Translations under genes and position numbers: made by a program
Shown: positions 24,301 to 33,117 of the stretch, in pieces
How the letters are laid out: the number at the start of each line of letters is the position of its first letter
Position numbering within the stretch: the first letter of the stretch is position 1
From: Aduncisulcus paluster
Lineage: Eukaryota
Assembly: GCA_024181965.1 (NCBI GenBank)
Contig: BQXS01009722.1
Location: forward strand, 1-33,117
Direction: 5' to 3'
DNA: 33,117 nt
Notes under the pieces: generated by a model
What the model saw: only the letters and a program-made list of their open reading frames with translations
Told to the model about the DNA's origin: nothing
Database searches by the model: none

Positions 24301-24896
24301 AATACAAATCGATCGACGACAAATTCACTCCACTCGATGCAGCTACGGATAAAACGAAATTGGCAAAGATAATCCTTCCCAACAAACATGATCCTGCATG
24401 CCTTCCCATTGATATGTCCAAGCTGTCCGAATGTAAACTATCTCCAAAGGATATTGATACCAAAATGCCTGCAGACTACCACTCTCCGGATTTGAGTGCA
24501 TTTGTCAATGAGAAACTTCTATTCCATGGGACTAAAGCGAGGTTTGTGGATGCTATTATGAGATGTGGTGCAGATTTTCGTCTTGCAGCCAATGGTATGT
24601 ATGGACATGGAACATACTGTGCCGAAAATTCGAGCAAAAGTGACCAATACTGTGTATGTGGTGATGATAAACTTTACCCGATGTTTATTACTCGTGTTGT
24701 TATGGGTCCATGTCCTTACAAATCCCCAACGACTTGTAATGGAAGGATCAAACCTCCTCCAATTCCTGGAACTGATCTATTGTACACATCAATTCATGGA
24801 AGATTTAGAGAGTGGTCTCAGCATGAATTCGTTGTGTATGAGCTAAGTTGCTTCTACCCTCAGTATTTGATGTGGTACAAACGAGTCCAGAAATAA
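21318..24896 (+). CDS. PARP-family ADP-ribosyltransferase (1192 aa): unknown N-terminal region, central coiled coil, C-terminal catalytic domain
   Basis: RIENPALWHKY, NEKLLFHGT, GMYGHGTYCAENSSKSDQYC, MFITRVVMG, HEFVVYELSCFYPQYLMWYK give an H-Y-E triad in a tankyrase/PARP12-like context. E/K/R-rich coiled coil at ~23400-24020. Confidence 0.9.
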   Translation: MSSKLSQSLMGFKSVLLQYFSRCKENILYKATSANDVFVFLNNLKTIFESIVPPTAFETLSAESSLESSPILEIIRISSDIRNYLSLGYFFLSKVRALKHESHRLASEFMSIKEYDFDQDTIVSPHPICHLPAYISRIVEYFQYAPILQWAHEKCEFTSLLFELHYNPPKEYKTQSFQFRAQKDKAKRQFLDRHFNRLPLIPLCDCFKATFSCKSPRLTGEIFHLVDSIDIPTKSTSSVMDFLDLLFSFSSTAEPTHGLPLCVFMQRPVCCMIKDTPILASRLRKTSRGDFDAVKMMEFTALMPKTSSLSDIFVSTYNSASSKPFNCSLSFSGGILASYAASLLARGNITPMVTPKLIEVLKLSPSDVSDCTNPINFYSPCHIRQCSYHGIVTNVSESILDVFKEFFEEDDEEDEEEDEYSSSSSSCSSKSDHSSKKDYSSPSLHKNLNDSSPESFVGYNEFHNATKDIFIFSIGLSSPKSSRSRRGFSEVASSSYFELFSGSGSKSSSCLGRNDNVSLWDAFWKRSIGAEERLKKCTLPVDFARIISDVCFDPSSLGRLNAALIDIPSLYDPSALLHKCSKSFASIHRSLGIRDKSSLDTDLSFYFSLNKTFGWMSQKKLDPFSFELMYSSSTDDDMTTDAFEDVDECSCSDDSSPSSSEEPSLPHSASGMMGAYSSTSMIHSDSFPSPSKSDAYVSSLREKLKGMSPSQRIDFLKSIKMEQELEITKLKNQKFAVDKEASHLKAEKDKISDDVKAFRELVRKEKMACKRAEDEFYDHCKKLRESREEKEHDQKSQAEGFKKSLQETEKEKRRKEKARQAALREERRLLKEKKEADDDIQAQSSRITRVRKSREKDEEDIEKRQKELDELETKKQIADKGKDILDIEKDQEEQKRLTRLRLFYASSAWYPSDWCVYRGICSSDSAKQPVLVPLKCLDTFQAFVDDTCITKYLGSGRDVVKTEKYNYLEVHKAYRIENPALWHKYYLYRQSIIDQYKSIDDKFTPLDAATDKTKLAKIILPNKHDPACLPIDMSKLSECKLSPKDIDTKMPADYHSPDLSAFVNEKLLFHGTKARFVDAIMRCGADFRLAANGMYGHGTYCAENSSKSDQYCVCGDDKLYPMFITRVVMGPCPYKSPTTCNGRIKPPPIPGTDLLYTSIHGRFREWSQHEFVVYELSCFYPQYLMWYKRVQK

Positions 24897-25414
24897 ATGT
24901 TCTAAGATAAAGGTGTGGGGGGGGAGAAAAAAACGAACCGAATGCAATGAAGGAATGAATTAGCTTATAGTAAAAAATTGCAATCCAATATGTGAACTTC
25001 ACATTGTGAACAAAACGCCGGACTTTGGAAACGAATTTATATCAGGAGTGGAATGACAAGGCTAGTTTCCAATATATATTAAAAAATTAAAATATCATAT
25101 TCATTTATTAATATATTATGTGATATTACTTTCAATTCTTGTTTAGTATGGTTTCGGTGTTTTCTCCTCAGCTCTTCTCGCTTTGAATATATCTCAGAAA
25201 TATATGTATGTCAGAAATCCAATATCATACGCATTATTATATATTTTATCCATTATTATTCAATATTACTCACTCGTTGTATTATTTTGTTCTTGTCCTC
25301 ATTTCCTCCTTGAAACTCACTTCATGTTCGATGATTGTGGTGACATTCTTTGTTAAAATTATCATATTATTTTTATTATTGTTCGTGTTCTCATCATAGA
25401 CATTTTAGAACACA

Positions 25415-28400
25415 ATGGATCCAATGCCAAGCTCAGAACGTAGCCAAGATATTGTATGTTTCTAAAAGTTTTCGAATTTATACATTTTATGATGTTTGAT
25501 ATAATTAATTTGAAAATTAATGCCCATATTGCTTTCATAAACCCATTTTCTCTTTCGGGTGTGTTTTATTGCTTTATTTCAACCAAATGCACAATTAATT
25601 TATTAGATTCAAGAAGTTAAGCCAGAGTTTATTCATGAAGGTGACAAATCTTGCTCTCCAATTCCTCGAGATTGCCCGAATGTTAAGAGTCCTGATATAA
25701 CTGTCATCAAAGCCAAGAATAGGACCAAGGAAAAAGGCGATAGAGAATATGATCAGTGTTCTGCAGCACAAAAGATGATGAAAGGAGAGCGTAATTGGGG
25801 AGAATTTACAGATATCTCCCTTCCTTTCTCCACATCTACTCCCATTAAAGGCGCTTATATTTGTATTGGAGGAAAATCATCCAGTTCTCCACCCCCATCA
25901 CACCTTATCTTCTCTCTTACATCTTCAAAGGGGGAGAAAATGTTTAAAAAATATAAATTTCTTGAATCAGAAATAATAAGCTTATTATATTTATTCTCGG
26001 AAACTGATAGCTGGTTCTTTCTCCCTATTGATCTCTCTGATGTTGTTCTGTGTGAGATTACAGGGAAAGGAAGAAAGAAAGAGTCTTTTACTATCTTCTC
26101 CCTCATATTTTTTCGAGAAGAAACACATGAAGAAACTATATTTCGTGAAGCCAAAGAAGCTTTTCGAGAGAAACTATGGTCAGAAGCTCAAGTTGTGAAA
26201 CCAGAGTTTGTTCAGGAAGGAGATAGAAATTCTCAAGGTAGATATTCTATTCCTATTCCGCGTGGTGATCCAAAGCTTGTAGATCCTTCATTCTCAATGG
26301 TAAAGTGCAAGGATGATTCGAAGAGTAAGGAATCTGAGGAGTTTGATCAGAGTTCAGATGCACAAAGAATGTTAAAAGGGGATCGCTTTGTGCGGTTATC
26401 CTATCTTTCCATCCCTTTCCCATCACCTAGTCCAATGAAAGGTGCTTATATCTGTGTTTATAAGTATGATAGTTCACCCTCTCTTCTCTTCACTTTCACT
26501 GATTGTGATGGTAAGAAGACACGCAAGAAGTATGAATTCACAAGACCTAAACATGTATTTGAATGGCACTTCCTTCCTATTGATCTGGATAATGTTGTAT
26601 TGTGTGAGATTGAAGGGAAGGGAACGTGGAAAGAGAAGAATAGTCGATGTTTTATCATCCTCTCCCTCGTATTCCTTCGAGAAGAAACCCCTGAAGAACG
26701 TTGTATTCGAGAATCCATTGAGGAGCAATGGTCTAAAGCTGTATGTTCATTATATTTTATTGGTTTAATATTTTCACATTTCTTTGTTTTATTATTTGAT
26801 ACGATTCACGCTAATCTTATTTAACAATATTATCTCTCGATTTGTTTCTAATACCATTATATATCTCTTTTTTCAAAAATGATATGTAGCCCACCATTAA
26901 ATCAGAGTTTATTCATAGAGGAAATTATCTTTGCTCTCCAATTCCTCGAGATTGCCCGAATGTTAAGAGTCCTGATATAACTGCTATCGAGTCCAAGAAT
27001 AGGACCAAGAGAAAAGGTGATAGAGAATATGATCAGTGTTCTGCAGCACAAAAGATGATGAAAGGAGAGGGTAATCGGGGAAAATTTACAGATATCTCCC
27101 TTCCTTTCTCCACATCTACCCCCATTAAAGGTGCTTATATTTGTATTGGAGGAGGATACTATTTCTGTCCACCCTCACGCCTTATCTTCTCTTTAACATC
27201 TTCAAACGGGGAGAAAATGGTTAAAAAATATGAATTTCCTGGATTAGAAAAAACAAGCTGGTTCTTTCTCCCTATTGATCTCTCTGATGTTGTTCTGTGT
27301 GAGATTTCAGGGAAAGGAAGAAAGAAAGAGTATTTTGAAATCGAATCCCTTGTTTTCATTAGTAGAGAAGAAACTCCTGAAGAAATCAAAGCTTGTGAAG
27401 CCAGAGAGAAACTATGGTCTGAAACTCCAGTTGTGAAACCAAAGTTTGTTCAGGAAGGAGATTGGACATCTCAAGGTAGAGATTCTATTCCCATTCCGTG
27501 TGATGATCCAAAGCTTGTAGACCCTTCATTCTCAATGGTTAAGTGCAAGAATGATTCGAAGAGTAAGGAATCTGAGGAGTATGATCAGAGTTCAGGTGCT
27601 CAAAGAATGTTAAAAGGTGAAGGTTTTGTACGGTTATCCCATCTTTCCATCCCTTTCCCATCACCTAGTCCTATGAAAGGTGCTTTTATCTATGTGGATG
27701 AAGATAATAGTTCACCCTCTCTTCTCTTCACTTTCACTGATTGTGATGGTAAGAAGACTTCCAAGAAGTATGAATTCACAGAACCTAAACATTACTATGA
27801 ATGGCATTTCCTTCCTATTGATCTGGATAATGTTGTATTGTGTGAGATTGAAGGGAAAGGAACGTGGAGACGGAAGAATAGTCGATACTTTGACATCGAC
27901 TCCCTTATATTCTTTCGAGAAGAAACCCCTGAAGAACGTTGTATTCGAGAATCCATTGAGGAACAATGGTCTAAAGCTGTATGTTCATTATATTTTATTG
28001 GTTTAATATTTTCGCATTTCTTTGTTTTATTGATACGATTCACGCTAATCTTATTTTACAATATTATCTCTCGATTTGTTTCTAATACCATTATATATCT
28101 CTTTTTCAAAAATGATATGTAGCCCACCATTAAATCAGAGTTTATTCATGAAGGTGACGAATCTTGCTCTCCAATTCCCCGAGACTCCCCAAATGTTAAG
28201 AGTCCTGATATAACTGTCATCAAAGCAAAGAATAGGACCAAGGGAAAAGGTGATAGAGAATATGATCAGAGTTCTGCAGCACAAAAGATGATGAAAGGAG
28301 AGGGTTATCGGGGAGAATTTACAGAAATCTCCCTTCCTTTCTCCACATCTACTCCCATTAAAGGTGCTTACATTTGTATTCGAGGAAAATATACCCTATC

Positions 28401-31400
28401 ACCCTCACACCTTATCTTCTCTTTAACATCTTCAAAGGGGGAGAAAATATTTAAAAAATATGAATTTCTTGAATTTGGAGGTTATCATTGGTATTATCTC
28501 CCTATTGATCTTTCTGATGTTGTTTTGTGTGAGATTAGAGGGAAAGGAAATTGGGAAGAGTCTTTTGGAATTATATCTCTGAAAAAGTGTTTTTTTTCTA
28601 TCCGATCCCTTGTTTTCATTAGTAGAGAAGAAACTTTTGAAGAAACTCAATCTCGTGAAGCCAGAGAGAAACTATGGTCTGAAGTTCCTGTTGTGAAATC
28701 CGAATTTGTTGGGATTGGACACAAAGAATTTCAGCCGATTCAATTTGATGACCCAGCAATAATTTACCCTTCATTTTCAATGGTTAAGGCAAAATTGGAT
28801 CATTATTGTAAAGAATCTTCCGATTATGATCAGAGTGAAAGAGCAAAAAGAATGTTGGAGCTCAACTATGATGGAATTTGGTATCGTGAGTGTGATTTAT
28901 TTGTGTCCCATCTTTCCATCCCTTTCCCATCACCTCGTCCAATGAAAGGTGCCTATATTTGTGTGGATAAGGATGATAGTTCACCCTCTCTTCTCTTTAC
29001 TTTCACTGATTCTGATGGCAATAAGACATCCATAAAGTATGAATTCACAGAACCTATTTATGAATTTGAATGGTACTTTCTTCCTACCGATCTGTCGAAG
29101 ATTGTGTTGTGTGAGATTGAAGGAAAAGGAATGTGGAAAGCGAAGAATACCAGAAAATTTAAAATCAATTACTTGGTTTTCCTTCAACAACGTGTTTCTT
29201 TGGTAAGAATCAGGAATATATTTGATGGTTCTTCTCGATGTATTCCAACTCCTCGAGATGATCCAACCTTTATTTGTCCAGATTTTGCTGCAATTAAAGT
29301 AAGAAGGATCAAACCAGGAGATGTTTCCCAAGATTTTGATACTAAGAGCGATTCAGAGGGAACTATATTGGAAGATGAAACAGATCGTGATGTAATTAAA
29401 GTAACAAGCAAAGCAAAAGCAAAAGATGTCATTGGGGATGAGATTGGACAAAAGATCATGAAAGGAGAGGTGTGTAGTTTTGAAGATGTCGGGTTTTCTT
29501 ATATTTCCATTCCTTTTAAATCATCGATATCTATTAAAGGTGCTTATATCTGTTTATGTGATGGTTTGGCTGCTGGTGATACATATCTTTTCACATTTAC
29601 CATATCAAATGGAAAAAAAAGATACAATACCTATCAAATTCCTAAACGTGATCGTCCATCTTGGTGGTACCTTTCGATTGATCTCTCTGATATTGTTTTG
29701 TGTGAGATTGAAGGTAGAAAGACAAAAAATAACCATTTTCGAATTTTTTCTCTGGCATTTTATCGAAAAGAAACTCCTGATGAAGAGAATAATCGAAAAA
29801 ACAGAGATTTTTGGCAAAACAGAGCGTGGATAGAAACCATAACTATCAAACCTGAATTCATTAAGGAAGGATATAGAGATTCTATTCCCATTCCTCGAGA
29901 TGATGAGTCAATCATAAATCCTTCATTTTCAGATGTTCAGGGGAAGAATGATGTCTATTGTAAGGAATTTGGGGAGTATGATCAGAGTTCAAAAGCACAA
30001 AAAATGTTAAAAGGGGAAGATTCTGTATCTTTATCCCATCTTTCCATTCCTTTTCCATCTCCTTGTCTAATGAAAGGTGCTTATATCTGTGTGGCTAATG
30101 ATTTGAGTTCGCCTTCACTTCTCTTCAGATTTTCTCATTCTTGTGGCACTAAAACGTTCAAAAGGTATATATTTTCGAAATTTGAGGAACCCACTTCCAA
30201 ATCCACAAAGGAAGATTTTGAATTTGAATCCAATGGATTATCCAAAGATTCGGAATTTGAATCGATAATTAATACTAGATGGTATTTCCTTCCTATAGAT
30301 TTACCAAATGTTATTTTCTGTGAGATTCAAGGAAAAGGGACATGGAAAGAGCGGTTGAGTCGAAGTTTTCAAATAGAATCCCTCATTTTCATTAAAGGTG
30401 AAGACATTCCTCCCCTTCCTTCAGATTCCACAAAGCTTATCAAACATGACTCTTTCACTCTCACTTCCTCTGCAACCATTACATCTCAGTGCATCATTGG
30501 TCATGGTGGATTTGGTGAAGTTCTTCTTGTTAAAGTTGAAGGTATTCCTATTCCTTGTGTTCTGAAGAAAATGCTCCATGAAGCCGATGAAAGAGTTGTT
30601 AAAGGATGTCGAAAGGAGTTCAAGATGCAACTCAAATTGTTTACGAATCCAAAATGTTTCAATCGTATCCCTCGTCCTTTGTATATCCTTGACCTGCTTG
30701 ATGCAGATATGAAAGGTGAATATGGATTTATCATGGAATATTGTGCTGGAGGCAGTGTTAAGGATTTTGCTAGAAGTTGGTGTGATGATGGCAAGTATGT
30801 GAGTGATATTGGTGATGCTGATGATAGTGAAGATTCTGATTCATCTTGTATTTCTGATTCTGACTCCAAGAGTGATATTGGCACAACTCGTTTTGATCCC
30901 ATGACACTGAACCCTGTGAAAGTGAGTGCTCTCTGTGTTGGCATGATTGAGTGTCTTGATGATGTGTTTAGAGCAAAGAAGAGTCTTGTCCATCGAGATG
31001 TTAAACCCGATAANNNNNNNNNNNNNNNNNNNNAAAGGAGTTCAAGATGCAACTCAAATTGTTTACGAATCCAAAATGTTTCAATCGTATCCCTCGTCCT
31101 TTGTATATCCTTGACCTGCTTGATGCAGATATGAAAGGTGAATATGGATTTATCATGGAATATTGTGCTGGAGGCAGTGTTAAGGATTTTGCTAGAAGTT
31201 GGTGTGATGATGGCAAGTATGTGAGTGATATTGGTGATGCTGATGATAGTGAAGATTCTGATTCATCTTGTATTTCTGATTCTGACTCCAAGAGTGATAT
31301 TGGCACAACTCGTTTTGATCCCATGACACTGAACCCTGTGAAAGTGAGTGCTCTCTGTGTTGGCATGATTGAGTGTCTTGATGATGTGTTTAGAGCAAAG

Positions 31401-32369
31401 AAGAGTCTTGTCCATCGAGATGTTAAACCCGATAACTTCCTTGTTCGTGTTGATCATGATTCGAAGAAATGTATTATTGTTCTTTCTGATCTTGGATTAG
31501 CAAAGATACAAGATTCTATTTCTTCTTCGTTATATTCTTCAACAGCCTCAAATTTCGCTCCCTATTCTACAATCCTGAGTGGGAAAGAAGACAATCCTTC
31601 AAAACAAAAGGGTAAATGTGGAACTCTTGTGTATAATTCGTATGAAACTCTTTTGGATGGGACTCAGACTCAAAAGAGTGATGGATATTCTCTTGGAATG
31701 TCGATTCTTTCGTTATTCTTATGTGAGCAACCTTTCACTTCATTGCCCATCTTCAGAGAGGTTTATAGGAAAGTTCGCATGGGAGAAGCTGATGATTTTG
31801 ATATTATGAAATTATTAAAGCGTTTGATGGAAAATGATATGTGTCCACGTCTATCTCGATCTCCTTTGTTTAAATCCTTGTTAACCATTGAAGATGGGAA
31901 ATACCAAGCTGTTCATGCATGTTTGAATGAAATATTCACTCGTCTCACCAAACTCGATGAAGATGAACGTATGAGTATTCATGAAGCTTTTGAGAAAGTT
32001 CAATCCATCAAATATTTACTTCCAAAGATTGGAGAAGGATTTAAATGTCCACCTATTGAGGATATTGTAAAACGTCAGCTTGCAAAGTTTAAAAGAGACG
32101 CTGGATGTGTTGAAGAGGAAATGGAAGATGGGAGTGAAAAAGAAAAGGATGGCAAAGTTTCTCTCGTATCAACAATTCAAAGTAAGGAGAAAGAAAATCG
32201 TGATATCCCTTCATATGATAAAAAAGAGACTCATGGTTTATCAACAACACTCTCCACATCAACAATCCAAAGTTCTGTGGGTGATCACAGAGATATGATG
32301 TCATTTACTGATGAGATTGATAGCCGTGGTCGAAGGATAATCAAACCAAAGGAAAAGGAAGGGAAATGA
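25415..32369 (+). CDS. Multi-exon tandem-repeat + Ser/Thr kinase protein, paralog B (8 repeats + kinase, ~2028 aa). Exons 25415-25453, 25607-26740, 26890-27978, 28123-32369 (omitting duplicated 31014-31435)
   Basis: Three phase-0 GTATGT...TAG introns splice ORFs 25775, 27055, 28288 and 31047 into one frame (6087 nt including stop). Kinase motifs GHGGFG, VLKK, RKEF, HRDVKPDN, DLG, CGTLVYNSYE, SDGYSLG. No signal peptide or TM segment seen. Confidence 0.92.
25454..25606 (+). other. First intron of paralog B (153 bp, phase 0)
   Basis: GTATGT...TTATTAG; joins SQDI|IQEVKPEF. Confidence 0.8.
26741..26889 (+). other. Phase-0 intron (149 bp), repeated intron copy 3
   Basis: GTATGT...GATATGTAG; joins WSKA|PTIKSEF. 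Confidence 0.88.
27979..28122 (+). other. Phase-0 intron (144 bp), repeated intron copy 4
   Basis: GTATGT...GATATGTAG; joins WSKA|PTIKSEF. Confidence 0.88.
30612..31435. other. Assembly overlap artifact: 30612-31013 repeated as 31034-31435 across a 20-N gap
   Basis: 402-bp direct copy abutting the N run; collapsing restores HRDVKPDN|FLVR in a single kinase domain. Confidence 0.92.
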
Positions 32370-32759
32370 TCAAAATTAAAAACGAATCTGATCATATTGG
32401 TTCTTGTTGAAAGGAATGGTATACCCCGGTTTGATATTTATGAGTAAAAAGACATATATTCCACAGGAAAAAAATTAATTGGTCGAGCTCTCCTCTCTCT
32501 GATGTTCTGAAGAATGCTATAAATTATAGATAGGATTTGAAGAGCGATTCTGGGCTGGTGTGAAAGGTATATTCAAACTCTTCAAAAGGAAATCACAATG
32601 AAAAAGAGGATATGGATGCGGATCATAACATAACATCAAAAGAGAAAATCACCTCGAGAGATATCATCTCATGGATGCCGATATCGCTGCGTTGGTGTGA
32701 AAATAAGTTTGGAACATATTGTATCTAATTTATGAGAACCTTATGAGTAAATGTTACAT

Positions 32760-33117
32760 TTAAAATTGATCTTTATGATAGAGCTGATGATTGCTATCGC
32801 TACTCAGGTGAAAATTTTGATCATATCTTTTTCCAGCAAGGGGATTATGAGAAATTTGCATAACAGGTGCTGGATGCATTATAGGAGCAATGGAATACAA
32901 TTGCCTACCAGCTTTAGACCCCTTCTCCCCCTTCGAAGAACAGCAACAACACTTCACGATGATCACAATTGCAACAACAACAACTGCAACACCTCCACAA
33001 ATGATCAGGACGAGTTGCCACGTTTCCAATGAAGACGTAGAGAGAATTGTTTCACATGAGTCTCCTCCAAAACCATCATAACATTGACACGTCACAAGCT
33101 CCGAATCATTTTCTATT
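32760..33117 (-). CDS. C-terminal end of a type I membrane protein with an EGF-like domain (5' part outside the window)
   Basis: TCQCYDGFGGDSCE (CxCxxGxxGxxC EGF tail), TM helix WQLVLIICGGVAVVVVAIVIIV, juxtamembrane KCCCC, short cytoplasmic tail; frame open to the window edge. Confidence 0.85.
   Translation of the reverse strand, partial: IENDSELVTCQCYDGFGGDSCETILSTSSLETWQLVLIICGGVAVVVVAIVIIVKCCCCSSKGEKGSKAGRQLYSIAPIMHPAPVMQISHNPLAGKRYDQNFHLSSDSNHQLYHKDQF

Larger units (their letters stand above)
25607..29190 (+). repeat. Three tandem ~1.25 kb units (two protein repeats + intron) inside paralog B
   Basis: Units start at 25607, 26890 and 28123; each has ..SPIPRD(C/S)PNVKSPDIT..AQKMMKGE followed by a PFPSP.PMKGA-type repeat. 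Confidence 0.9.

Noticed and set aside
25607-29190. Diversity-generating retroelement-like template/variable repeat pair
   Set aside because: Differences between copies are not adenine-specific, all copies are coding, and no reverse transcriptase is in the window.
30612-31435. Apparent tandem duplication or split of the kinase domain, and similar duplications at 3823-4590, 4964-5637, 7073-7594 and 18357-18961
   Set aside because: Each copy abuts a uniform 20-N gap and is essentially exact; collapsing restores reading frames. These are unmerged contig overlaps.

Overview
This is AT-rich eukaryotic DNA with compact genes, short GTATGT...TAG spliceosomal introns and the standard code. The repeat-kinase family and sequence style suggest a fornicate/metamonad protist such as Aduncisulcus; that is inference from memory, not verified. 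Two paralogous multi-exon genes bracket the window in inverted, outward-pointing orientation (minus strand 4928 to <1; plus strand 25415-32369). Each encodes a cytoplasmic protein with 6 or 8 tandem ~160-190 aa beta-rich repeats followed by a Ser/Thr kinase. The repeats carry near-identical phase-0 introns, vary mostly at a few aromatic/charged loop positions, and are mosaics of one another, which makes them a candidate diversifying sensor-kinase system. The ~20 kb between them holds a NEK-type kinase (one apparent +1 frameshift), a 3-exon CstF-50-like WD40 gene, a UBC4/5-type E2, a class IV PLP aminotransferase-like gene, an intact Mutator-type DDE/SWIM transposase with no visible TIRs, a secreted Zn-dependent phospholipase C-like protein, a TMEM128-like protein and an H-Y-E PARP. 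The 3' end of an EGF-like membrane protein closes the window. All five 20-N gaps are flanked by 250-400 bp direct duplications that look like assembly overlaps.
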